Assembly: GCA_029261695.1 (NCBI GenBank)
Contig: JAJDAV010000039.1
Coordinates: 1-55,805 of the forward strand
Direction: 5' to 3'
Length of the DNA: 55,805 bases
Source of the DNA: Nitrospinaceae bacterium
GTDB taxonomy: Bacteria; Nitrospinota; Nitrospinia; Nitrospinales; VA-1
Part shown: positions 28,825-37,595 of the stretch, piece by piece
Layout: every line of letters starts with the position of its first letter
Position numbering within the stretch: the first letter of the stretch is position 1
The notes under the pieces: generated by a model
The model's database searches: none
What the model saw: the letters and a program-made list of their open reading frames with translations, nothing else
Told to the model about the DNA's origin: nothing
Made by a program: the position numbers and the translations under genes

Positions 28825-29424
28825 TTATTTACTTATATAAGGGATTTCAGTTGTTGTTTCTAGTCGAGACTCTTCTTCTGCGGGTGCTAATTGATTGATT
28901 ACTCCAAATAAGCATGGGTCGGTAAGTTTCAAGCTCTTTTTCTCCTCGGGATCCATATTGTTAAACCTTTCGGCATCCATCAAAAAAGCGGTGCCAAAAA
29001 AATAATTATCAAGAAACGCATCAAAGTCTATCGCGCTACCATTGAGTTCAGGAAATATCTCCAACCGCTGTTGAGGCTCTGAATAGCTATAATCCTCATA
29101 GGTTCCCTGTAAACTGTCGAATAGATAGGTTAGGTGGTAGGCATTTAGAGGATGCCACACGCTTTTGTTTATCAGGCCTTCGAATAAACTTCGGGAAAAA
29201 TTATTTAGCTGAGAAATGTTACTGAATTGAGAAGCATGAGGAAATAATGTTTTAAATCTTTCGAACCCTTCACTATCAGGTAATTGATTGAGGCCGAAAA
29301 ATATTTCTCGATCTGTCATTAAAGAGTGGAATATAAAATTATAAGCATCTAAGTCTTGGTTGACTAGGTTTTCTGGGTGCGGGGTTGCAGAAGGTTCGTA
29401 TATATTTTTTTTGAAAATCAACAT
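28825..29424 (-). CDS. Hypothetical protein (paralog B)
   Basis: Start at ATG 29424 (MLIFKKNIYEP) chosen by alignment with paralog A (MLVFKNNIYEP). Confidence 0.85.
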   Translation of the reverse strand: MLIFKKNIYEPSATPHPENLVNQDLDAYNFIFHSLMTDREIFFGLNQLPDSEGFERFKTLFPHASQFSNISQLNNFSRSLFEGLINKSVWHPLNAYHLTYLFDSLQGTYEDYSYSEPQQRLEIFPELNGSAIDFDAFLDNYFFGTAFLMDAERFNNMDPEEKKSLKLTDPCLFGVINQLAPAEEESRLETTTEIPYISK

Positions 29425-29501
29425 GTTAAAATTTCTCTTAGGTTTTGTTTCAGACCATTCAGTAAAATTAATTTTATCATACAAAGCTTAGATGGAGATT
29501 T

Positions 29502-30860
29502 GTGATATTGCAAAATGATCAGGAAATAGAAAATATTTTAAGTCGCATACTTCCTAGTCCACAGCGAGAGCAATTTGGGAGGATGTTGAGCCAATTGCAA
29601 AAAGGGGACGGGAAATCTTTGGATTGGGCATCCATCCACTCTCCGAATGATTCGATGCAGGTGGATTATCATTCGCTGGATGAAGCCTCGAATTGCACTG
29701 AAAATTTTTCCCGACTTGTCGTAGGGAAATTGAATGGCGGTCTAGGCACAAGTATGGGGTGTTTAGGCCCCAAATCTCTTATTCAAGTAAAAGAAGGTAA
29801 AACCTTTTTAGATTTGATTGTTGAGCAAGTCAGCATATTAAATAATAAGTGGGGGGGGGATATTCCTCTACTGTTGATGAATAGTTTCTATACCCATGAG
29901 GAAACCAGTGCGTTTGTTGATTCCTGCTCTCTTCCCATCATTACTTTCAAGCAAAACATATTCCCGCGATTAAATGCGAAAACTTTTAAGCCTGTAAGCC
30001 CAGATGAGTGGGGTGAAAATGCTTGGTACCCTCCTGGTCATGGAGATTTTTACAATTGTATTCAACAGCAGGGAATACTAAAGCAACTAATTGAAAGCGG
30101 TAAGGACATTCTATTCATTTCAAATGCCGATAACCTGGGCGCTGTTGCAGACCCTAAAATTCTTTCTTACATGATAGAGAAAGAAATTCCATTTTTAATT
30201 GAGGTCACTCCAAAAACTCCCTCAGATGTAAAAGGTGGAACGCTGTATGAACAGAATGGAAAACTGAAATTGCTTGAAATTGCTCAAGTGCCGAAGGAAC
30301 ATATTGAAGAGTTTTGCAGTCAGGAAAAATTCTCGGTTTTTAATACGAATAATATTTGGATGAATTTGGCTGTTATTGAGGAGCGATTAAAAAAAGGACC
30401 ATTGGATCTGAATGTGATCGTTAATCATAAAACTATAGACGGCCAACCTGTTGTGCAACTGGAGACCGCTATTGGTTCCGCAATTGATTGTATTGATAAT
30501 GCGGTAGGATTGTGTGTTTCCAGAGATAGATTTATGCCCGTAAAAAAAACTGAAGACCTTCTTTTGGTGCAATCAAATATCTTTAATTTGGAAGAGGGAC
30601 GACTGGTTAGAAATGTAAAAAGAAATAATCCACACTTGCCTGAAATAAAATTTGGACAGCCTCTTGATCAATTGGATGCGTTTAATAAATGCTTTACCAC
30701 GATTCCCGATTTATTGAATTTAGAATCGCTCGAAGCTTCCGGGCAAATTTGTTTTAAGGGGGCAACGTCTTTAAAGGGAGAGATAAAGTTAAATGGAAAA
30801 AATAAATCTATTCACATAGAAAATGGACGATTGTTAAATGATGAAAGTATTGAAGGTTGA
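29502..30860 (+). CDS. UTP--glucose-1-phosphate uridylyltransferase, eukaryote-type (UDPGP family)
   Basis: KLNGGLGTSMGC-GPKS; WYPPGHGD; SNADNLGA; DVKGGTL; FNTNNIW; QLETAIG; RFMPVK. Confidence 0.93.
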   Translation: MILQNDQEIENILSRILPSPQREQFGRMLSQLQKGDGKSLDWASIHSPNDSMQVDYHSLDEASNCTENFSRLVVGKLNGGLGTSMGCLGPKSLIQVKEGKTFLDLIVEQVSILNNKWGGDIPLLLMNSFYTHEETSAFVDSCSLPIITFKQNIFPRLNAKTFKPVSPDEWGENAWYPPGHGDFYNCIQQQGILKQLIESGKDILFISNADNLGAVADPKILSYMIEKEIPFLIEVTPKTPSDVKGGTLYEQNGKLKLLEIAQVPKEHIEEFCSQEKFSVFNTNNIWMNLAVIEERLKKGPLDLNVIVNHKTIDGQPVVQLETAIGSAIDCIDNAVGLCVSRDRFMPVKKTEDLLLVQSNIFNLEEGRLVRNVKRNNPHLPEIKFGQPLDQLDAFNKCFTTIPDLLNLESLEASGQICFKGATSLKGEIKLNGKNKSIHIENGRLLNDESIEG

Positions 30861-31049
30861 TTCCAAAACATCTAGAAATTTGCGGCTTCTTAATCGTCTG
30901 GTTTTAGGAGGGGGATTAAGCTCTTATTATTGTAGTCTCTGGTCCTAATAATTTATAGGGTATATTGACTTATATCGCAGATTTGTTGTCTTAATAATCA
31001 ATTTTTTCATTTAAAACCAATGCTTTATAGCGTAATACGCAAATAAACG

Positions 31050-31077
31050 TTGACATGTATTTATTCCTAAGTATACT
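31050..31077 (+). promoter_or_regulatory. Near-consensus sigma70 promoter
   Basis: TTGACA-N16-TATACT. Confidence 0.7.
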
Positions 31078-31090
31078 TTGCTAATGTGCA

Positions 31091-31260
31091 GCCTAGGACC
31101 TATATTAAGCATAGGATAATTCCTAGGCCCATTTGGTTTTGTTTTAGAGTAAAACCTTCAGTCGCTGGGAGGTAAAAGCAAATGGATCTTTGAAATGTTC
31201 ACTAAAAGGGAGAAGGTAAAGCTTTTGAATTTGCCTTATTTAGAATATTTGTAGGTGAAC
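31091..31260 (+). ncRNA. Candidate structured 5' leader RNA with three tandem domains
   Basis: Stems GCCTAGGA/TCCTAGGC, CCATTTG/CAAATGG and GTTCAC/GTGAAC, each with nested helices. Confidence 0.45.
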
Positions 31261-31291
31261 TTTTGTTAACTAGGGTAAGGGAGGATTTACA

Positions 31292-31723
31292 ATGAAAAAA
31301 CTCGCTATTGTTTTACTCGTTACCATCGCTTCATTTTGTCTCGCAGCTTCAGCATTTGCTGGTAGCGTAGCTCCGGGTGGAATGGCCAAATGTAACAACG
31401 CAGGTTCAATTACCATTGCAACTGCTAGTGGTGGCGATGCTGAAGATCGTGGCAATGCCAATGGCTACATCTGGAAGTCATCCAATTTCACGACTGTTCA
31501 ATTTACATTAGGGCCGAACGACCATCAGGGCTTTTCTGGTAATGGTGGAGGAGCAGCAGGTAATGATCAAGTGAAAATGCCGAGCAAGCACTCCATGGGT
31601 CACAATTCTATTACCTTTAAAGGTCAAAACAATTTCAGCCGCGGCGACTCCATTGGTGATATCAGTGGCGAAGTTCGCATTCACAACACTGGAACGGTTC
31701 CAGTAACTGTATCTTGTGGCTAA
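31292..31723 (+). CDS. Secreted Gly/Ser/Asn-rich hypothetical protein
   Basis: Sec signal ending AFA|G; SD AGGGAGGA; own promoter and terminator. Confidence 0.88.
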   Translation: MKKLAIVLLVTIASFCLAASAFAGSVAPGGMAKCNNAGSITIATASGGDAEDRGNANGYIWKSSNFTTVQFTLGPNDHQGFSGNGGGAAGNDQVKMPSKHSMGHNSITFKGQNNFSRGDSIGDISGEVRIHNTGTVPVTVSCG

Positions 31724-31740
31724 GATTTAAAAAGTAGGTC

Positions 31741-31774
31741 AAACCGCCCTGATTTTCATCAGGGCGGTTTTTTT
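31741..31774 (+). terminator. Rho-independent terminator (possibly bidirectional with uppP)
   Basis: AAACCGCCCTGAT-TTTC-ATCAGGGCGGTTT-TTTT. Confidence 0.92.
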
Positions 31775-31784
31775 ATGCCTGTTT

Positions 31785-32591
31785 TTAGCCGATATAATAA
31801 AACAGAATAGCCGCTGCAAGGATAACCCTATATAGAATGAAGGGTAGCAACCCCACTTTTTCCACCACTTTTAATAGTAGCTTTATTGCCAGCAACCCCA
31901 CCAAAAAGCTGGTGCCTAGTCCAACCATCAGGTGCTGATAGGTGTAGTCTTGAATAGCGCTGGGTTGATCAATGAAGGCGATGAGTTTGTGCATACCTGC
32001 TGCAAAAATGATGGGGGCTCCAAGGAGAAATGAAAACCGAGTCGCTGAAACATGATTAAGATTGCTGAATAATCCCGCAGCGATTGTTATTCCAGAGCGC
32101 GAAGTTCCTGGTAGCAAGGCGATAGCCTGTGCACACCCAATAAAAAATATTTGAGAAAATTTGAGATCTTTTAGGTCACATTCGGGTTTGTCTCTATGTT
32201 TAGCTGAGCGGTCTGCCAGGTAAAAGACCGCGGACCATATCAAAAGATTAGTGGCTACAAAAACGGGACTACGCAAACCAGTTTCAATCAAATCTGCGAA
32301 AAACAAGCCTATTAATCCGGCGGGGAGGGATGCAGCAACAATACACCAGGCTAGCTTATGGGTGGTTAACCCACGGTCAAATAATCCTCTGAATATTTCC
32401 CAAAGATCTTTTTTGAAAAATATTAAAATAGCCATAAGGGTACCCAGATGCAGAATTGCATCTAGAGCCAACCCTTGATCTTTAAAATTAAGAACTAAAG
32501 GGGTGAGGATAAGGTGGCCAGAGCTTGATACAGGTAAAAACTCTGTCAAACCCTGAATTATCCCTAACAATATTATTTGAAACAGTTCCAT
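31785..32591 (-). CDS. uppP: Undecaprenyl-diphosphate phosphatase
   Basis: GIIQGLTEFLPVSSSGHL; PGTSRSG; ATG 32591 gives the canonical length. Confidence 0.96.
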   Translation of the reverse strand: MELFQIILLGIIQGLTEFLPVSSSGHLILTPLVLNFKDQGLALDAILHLGTLMAILIFFKKDLWEIFRGLFDRGLTTHKLAWCIVAASLPAGLIGLFFADLIETGLRSPVFVATNLLIWSAVFYLADRSAKHRDKPECDLKDLKFSQIFFIGCAQAIALLPGTSRSGITIAAGLFSNLNHVSATRFSFLLGAPIIFAAGMHKLIAFIDQPSAIQDYTYQHLMVGLGTSFLVGLLAIKLLLKVVEKVGLLPFILYRVILAAAILFYYIG

Positions 32592-32839
32592 GCGTTTGAT
32601 GAATCCAAAATTGGAGGCGGAAAATCTGGAGCGGTCAGAAATATTGAAAGTGTAGCCCATTGGCTACGTCCAAGAATGGCTATTTTATAACTCTATTCAA
32701 TTTCTCTGGTTCAGTCTGGAAAGATACCATGAAACCCAAATGATACAAGTTGGGTATCGGCAAATACTACTCCTTGCAAAAGGTTTGAATCAAGGAAAAA
32801 GGAACTGCCAAAGGCATTATTTTTTAACGTGGTTTGGAT

Positions 32840-32868
32840 TTGCCGGGGTATTTAAATTGTGATATCTT
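32840..32868 (+). promoter_or_regulatory. Putative extended -10 sigma70 promoter for the alaC-hom-thrC operon
   Basis: TTGCCG-N17-TATCTT with TG at -15/-14. Confidence 0.5.
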
Positions 32869-32990
32869 ACGCTTGCTGTTGTCAGATTCCATTGGAAATT
32901 AGAAGGTTGCCTCCGCACAACCCTGAGTCACATCCTTTCGGTTTGGCCTATCCTGATTAGATGTAAAAACTTTAGAAATACTGCTTTGAA

Positions 32991-34157
32991 ATGAGAGAAT
33001 TTTCACGCATAAAACGTCTTCCCCCGTATGTACTCGGAATCGTTAACGATCTCAAGTATGAGGCACGTAGAAGAGGTGACGATATCATTGACTTCGGATT
33101 GGGAAACCCGGATATGCCAACTCCTCCTCATATTGTCGACAAGCTGATCGAAGCCGCCCAAAAAGAGGCGAATCATCGATACTCGCTTTCTAAAGGCATT
33201 TATAAGCTGAGACTGGCCATATGTGATTGGTATAAACGAAATTACGATGTTGATCTTGATCCTAATTCGGAAGCGATAGCTACGATTGGTTCTAAAGAAG
33301 GGATTGCTCATCTTGCTTTGGCTATTACAACACCTGGAGACTCCGTATTAGTCCCAACTCCAACCTACCCGATTCATACTTATGCTTTTATCCTGGCGAA
33401 TGGAGATGTTATCCATGTTCCTTTGGGGCCTGATTCAGATTTCTTTGAGGGATTGTTAGATGCATTTAAGCGGAATTGGCCTCGCCCCAAAGCAATGGTC
33501 ATTAATTTCCCACATAATCCCACAACGCAGGTGGTTGATATTGACTTTTTTGAAAAAGTTGTGGAATTTGCAAAGGAACATGATTTGATCGTTATTCATG
33601 ATTTTGCATATGGAGATATCGTTTTTGATGGATATAAAGCTCCAAGCTTTTTGCAGGTTCCCGGTGCTAAAGACGTAGGAATAGAGTTTTTTACTTTATC
33701 AAAAAGTTATAATATGCCGGGTTGGCGAGTGGGTTTCGCAGTGGGGAACAGTGAGATCATCAATGCGTTGGCGAGAATAAAAAGTTATCAAGACTACGGT
33801 ATGTTCCAGCCAATTCAAATTGCAGCCACTGTTGCATTGAATGGACCGAGAGATTGTGTTGAAGAAATCACAGAAACTTATCGCGGTCGGCGAAACGTTT
33901 TATGTGAATCATTGAACCGGATGGGTTGGAAAGTAACACCTCCTAAAGCCACAATGATGGTATGGGCTGAAATTCCTGATGAGTTTAAAAAAATGGGCTC
34001 TTTAGAATTTTCAAAAATGCTTTTGGAAAGAGCCAAGGTTGCGGTAGCTCCGGGAATTGGATTTGGTGAAGGGGGCGACCACTTTGTTCGCTTTTCACTG
34101 GTCGAAAATGAACATCGAATTCGTCAAGCAGTGAGAGGAATTCGTGAGGCTTTATAA
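32991..34157 (+). CDS. alaC: PLP-dependent class I/II aminotransferase (AlaC-like)
   Basis: [11 protein letters not shown]; TIGSKEG; NFPHNPT; [14 protein letters not shown]; ENEHRIRQA. Confidence 0.82.
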   Translation: MREFSRIKRLPPYVLGIVNDLKYEARRRGDDIIDFGLGNPDMPTPPHIVDKLIEAAQKEANHRYSLSKGIYKLRLAICDWYKRNYDVDLDPNSEAIATIGSKEGIAHLALAITTPGDSVLVPTPTYPIHTYAFILANGDVIHVPLGPDSDFFEGLLDAFKRNWPRPKAMVINFPHNPTTQVVDIDFFEKVVEFAKEHDLIVIHDFAYGDIVFDGYKAPSFLQVPGAKDVGIEFFTLSKSYNMPGWRVGFAVGNSEIINALARIKSYQDYGMFQPIQIAATVALNGPRDCVEEITETYRGRRNVLCESLNRMGWKVTPPKATMMVWAEIPDEFKKMGSLEFSKMLLERAKVAVAPGIGFGEGGDHFVRFSLVENEHRIRQAVRGIREAL

Positions 34158-34202
34158 TGCTGCTTTTTTAGTGGCTGGGTTGTTTATTAGAACGGATAAA
34201 AA

Positions 34203-35507
34203 ATGAAAACGATTAATGTAGGATTGATTGGTTTTGGCACGATTGGAGCCGGGGTGGCAAAAATTCTCTCCGAAAACCAAGAGATAATCCAAAAAAGATT
34301 AGGTGCCACACTACGCCTCGCCAAAATTGTCGATCTCGATATTGAAACAGATCGAGGCGTTCAGGTTGATGACGGGGTGTTGAGCACATCGGTTGATGAT
34401 ATCCTTGAAAATCCAGAAATTGATATTGTTATTGAGTTGATGGGAGGGTATGAACCAGCAAGAACCTTTATGCTTAAAGCTCTTGCTAACAATAAACATG
34501 TTGTGACAGCAAACAAGGCGTTGCTGGCTTTGCATGGCGATGAGCTTTTTGGAGTGGTGGAAGAAAAGAAACTTTCGATTGGTTTCGAAGCATCAATTGG
34601 TGGAGCAATACCCATTATTCGGTCTATTCGGGAAGCTTTTGTTGGTAACCGGATTCATACCATTGAAGGAATCGTAAATGGTACAGCCAATTATATTCTC
34701 AGTAAAATGTCGGATGAAAATTGTGAGTTCGATGTTGCATTAAAAGAAGCTCAAGAGAAAGGATTTGCTGAAGCCGATCCTACATTTGATATAGAAGGTA
34801 TTGATTCCGCCCATAAAATTGCTGTGTTGACTCGTATCGCTTATGGGACGCCTGTTAACTTTGATGATATCAATGTTTCGGGGATTACCAATATCAGTTC
34901 TGATGATATTGAATGTGCCAGAGAGTTTGGATATAGAATAAAATTGCTGGCGATATCGAAGTTTGACGGTGAAGCAATTGATATTCGAGTTCACCCGGCA
35001 ATGATTCCCATTAGTCACCCGATGGCAAGTGTAAATGGTGTGTTGAATGCCATCCGTATTTGTGACGATATGATGGATGAAAATATTTTAGCAGGACATG
35101 GCGCAGGGGCCTTGCCTACAGGTAGTGCCGTGGTGGGTGATGTTGTAGAGATAGCGCGTAATATATTATCAAATGCCAGCGATAGAGTCCCTGCCTCTTC
35201 TTTCCTAAACTCTGAAATCAAGCCGATTCCGCTTAAAGATATGAGTGCTATTGAATCAGAATATTTTTTGCGTTTCAATGTTTTGGATAAACCCGGTGTG
35301 CTTTCGAAAATCTCGGGGATTCTGGGTAATCATTGCATTAGTATAGAGTCGATGATTCAAAAAGGCCGGGGCGAAGAAGGTAAGGCTGTTTCTCTTGTTA
35401 TGATGTGCCATCGATCCAGCGAAAAAAACATTCAAAACGCCTTGAAAGAAATTGAGAAACTTGATGTGGTTTGCGGAAAATCTAACCTTATCCGTGTGGA
35501 AAAATAA
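34203..35507 (+). CDS. hom: Homoserine dehydrogenase with ACT domain
   Basis: GFGTIG; VTANKA; NGTANY; GFAEADP; DKPGVLSKIS. Confidence 0.97.
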   Translation: MKTINVGLIGFGTIGAGVAKILSENQEIIQKRLGATLRLAKIVDLDIETDRGVQVDDGVLSTSVDDILENPEIDIVIELMGGYEPARTFMLKALANNKHVVTANKALLALHGDELFGVVEEKKLSIGFEASIGGAIPIIRSIREAFVGNRIHTIEGIVNGTANYILSKMSDENCEFDVALKEAQEKGFAEADPTFDIEGIDSAHKIAVLTRIAYGTPVNFDDINVSGITNISSDDIECAREFGYRIKLLAISKFDGEAIDIRVHPAMIPISHPMASVNGVLNAIRICDDMMDENILAGHGAGALPTGSAVVGDVVEIARNILSNASDRVPASSFLNSEIKPIPLKDMSAIESEYFLRFNVLDKPGVLSKISGILGNHCISIESMIQKGRGEEGKAVSLVMMCHRSSEKNIQNALKEIEKLDVVCGKSNLIRVEK

Positions 35508-35509
35508 AA

Positions 35510-36841
35510 ATGGAATTTAAAGCCTGGTTTCAATGTATCAATCCAGATTGTGGTACTCGTTATGAACTGACGGATATAATTTACCGTTGTAAGGATTGCG
35601 ACGAGTTACTTGAAGTCACGCATGATATGGAGCAACTCAAGAAAAGATCATCCAAGGATTGGAAAGAGCTGTTTGAAAGCCGCTACCGTAAAAATGAATG
35701 GCCTTATGGAAGCTCTGTTTGGGGGAAAAAGGAATTGGTTTGCCCCAATGTCCAAAACGAAAACATTGTTTCAACCTACGAGGGAGGGACAAACCTTTTC
35801 TGGGCGGATAGATTGGGGCAACAGTTAGGTCTTGATGATTTTTGGGTCAAACAATGCGGAATGGCTCACACAGGTTCGTTTAAAGATCTTGGTATGACCA
35901 TTCTGGTTTCAATGGTCAAACAAATGATGTCGCAGGGGAAAAATATCAAGGCCGTGGCCTGTGCCTCGACAGGGGATACTTCGGCTTCTCTTGCCGCCTA
36001 TTGCGCCGTTGCAGGAATTCCTGCAATTGTTTTTCTTCCTAAAGATAAAGTTTCACTGACTCAATTAATCCAACCCATCACGCATGGTGTTTTAACACTT
36101 TCGCTTGATACCGATTTCGATGGATGCATGAAGTTAGTGAGAGAGGTTTGCCAGAATGATGATATTTATCTGGCGAATTCTATGAACTCTCTCAGAATTG
36201 AAGGTCAAAAAACTATCAGCTTTGAGTTGGTGCAACAGTTTAATTGGGAGGTTCCAGATTTTGTTATCGTACCGGGAGGGAACCTGGGAAATGTTAGTGC
36301 TATAGGCAAAGGTTTTAAAATGTTTCATGACCTTGGGTTGATTGATAAGTTGCCCCGATTGGTTTGTGCTCAGGCAGAGCGTGCCAATCCTCTATATAGA
36401 AGTTTTAAACAAAATTTTAAATCTTTTGAGCCGATGCAGGCCCAAAAAACTCTGGCCAGTGCCATTCAAATTGGTGACCCGGTGAGTATTAAAAAAGCCA
36501 TCCGTACTTTAAAAGCTTTTGACGGAATTGTTGAAGAAGCGACCGAAGGCGAACTTGCAAATGCAGCAAGCAAAGCAAACCGTACAGGTTTATTGTGCTG
36601 TCCTCATACGGGGGTTGCGCTGGCTGTGTTGGAAAAACTGGTTGGACGGGGCGTTATCAAAAAGAAAGATAAAGTGGTAGTTATTTCAACTGCAAATGGT
36701 TTGAAATTCACTGATTTTTTATTCAAATGTCACACAGGCAAGGTGCCGGGGGTCCAGTCGGATTACGCTTTTGAGGCTGTTGAACTTCCTGCTAAATATG
36801 AAGATGTTAGGAATGCAATTCGGGAAAAAATTGAAGTCTGA
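35510..36841 (+). CDS. thrC: Threonine synthase
   Basis: HTGSFKDLGM; CASTGDT; PGGNLGN; CPHTG. Confidence 0.95.
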   Translation: MEFKAWFQCINPDCGTRYELTDIIYRCKDCDELLEVTHDMEQLKKRSSKDWKELFESRYRKNEWPYGSSVWGKKELVCPNVQNENIVSTYEGGTNLFWADRLGQQLGLDDFWVKQCGMAHTGSFKDLGMTILVSMVKQMMSQGKNIKAVACASTGDTSASLAAYCAVAGIPAIVFLPKDKVSLTQLIQPITHGVLTLSLDTDFDGCMKLVREVCQNDDIYLANSMNSLRIEGQKTISFELVQQFNWEVPDFVIVPGGNLGNVSAIGKGFKMFHDLGLIDKLPRLVCAQAERANPLYRSFKQNFKSFEPMQAQKTLASAIQIGDPVSIKKAIRTLKAFDGIVEEATEGELANAASKANRTGLLCCPHTGVALAVLEKLVGRGVIKKKDKVVVISTANGLKFTDFLFKCHTGKVPGVQSDYAFEAVELPAKYEDVRNAIREKIEV

Positions 36842-36843
36842 AT

Positions 36844-37584
36844 ATGAATAAGAAAAACTTTTTTGGGCTTATCCCCATTTATTCGATCTTATTATTGGTT
36901 TTTGTTTCTTCTCCTGTATATGCCAGAGAACAAGTATTGGTTAAGGGGGGAGTCTTCGAGATGGGCAGTCATTATTGTGAAGAGGAACAAAACAGCTCTG
37001 ACTGGTGCAATGATGAGCTTATTCACAAAGTGGAGGTGGACTCTTTCTGGATCGATAAGTTTGAAGTAACCAATTCCGATTATCGCAAATGCTTTGTGGC
37101 AGGAGTATGCGAGCCAGAATTTTTACATGATAATAGACCTGCAGATTTTAATAAGAAAAATCAACCCGTTGTGTTTACAACTTGGAATGAAGCGGTAACC
37201 TACTGTAAATGGCGGGATGGAAGATTGCCCACAGAAGCAGAGTGGGAATATGCGGCGAAAGTTGAAAGACTAGGCGGCGCGCATTGGAACCAGCCCTATG
37301 CGGTTGGGTCTCCAACTGCCGTGGGAAGTTTGGAACCAAACTCCCGAGGCCTTTATGATTTGATGGGGAATGTTTATGAGTGGACGATGGATTGGTACGG
37401 TCCCTACAATACTTCGGGAACGCAAAAAAATCCATTAGGTCCGGAAAAAGGTGAGGATAAGGTGGTGCGAGGCGGATCTTGGGATTCCTTGAGCCATTTT
37501 CTGAGAACTTCTGATCGGGTTGGAAAAGACCCCGATTTAAGATACAGCGGTGTAGGGTTTCGTTGTGTCAAGCCGAATTTATAG
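36844..37584 (+). CDS. Exported FGE-sulfatase (SUMF1) domain protein
   Basis: Signal peptide; FEMGS; EVTN; RLPTEAEWEYAA; GLYDLMGNVYEW; RGGSW; GFRC. Confidence 0.92.
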   Translation: MNKKNFFGLIPIYSILLLVFVSSPVYAREQVLVKGGVFEMGSHYCEEEQNSSDWCNDELIHKVEVDSFWIDKFEVTNSDYRKCFVAGVCEPEFLHDNRPADFNKKNQPVVFTTWNEAVTYCKWRDGRLPTEAEWEYAAKVERLGGAHWNQPYAVGSPTAVGSLEPNSRGLYDLMGNVYEWTMDWYGPYNTSGTQKNPLGPEKGEDKVVRGGSWDSLSHFLRTSDRVGKDPDLRYSGVGFRCVKPNL

Positions 37585-37595
37585 AAAGGTTAGTC

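Noticed and set aside
32592-32667. Longer uppP start (32660) and the GTAGCC-CATT-GGCTAC hairpin
   Set aside because: The extension is unlike UppP N-termini. The 6-bp hairpin has no U-tract and is too short to interpret.
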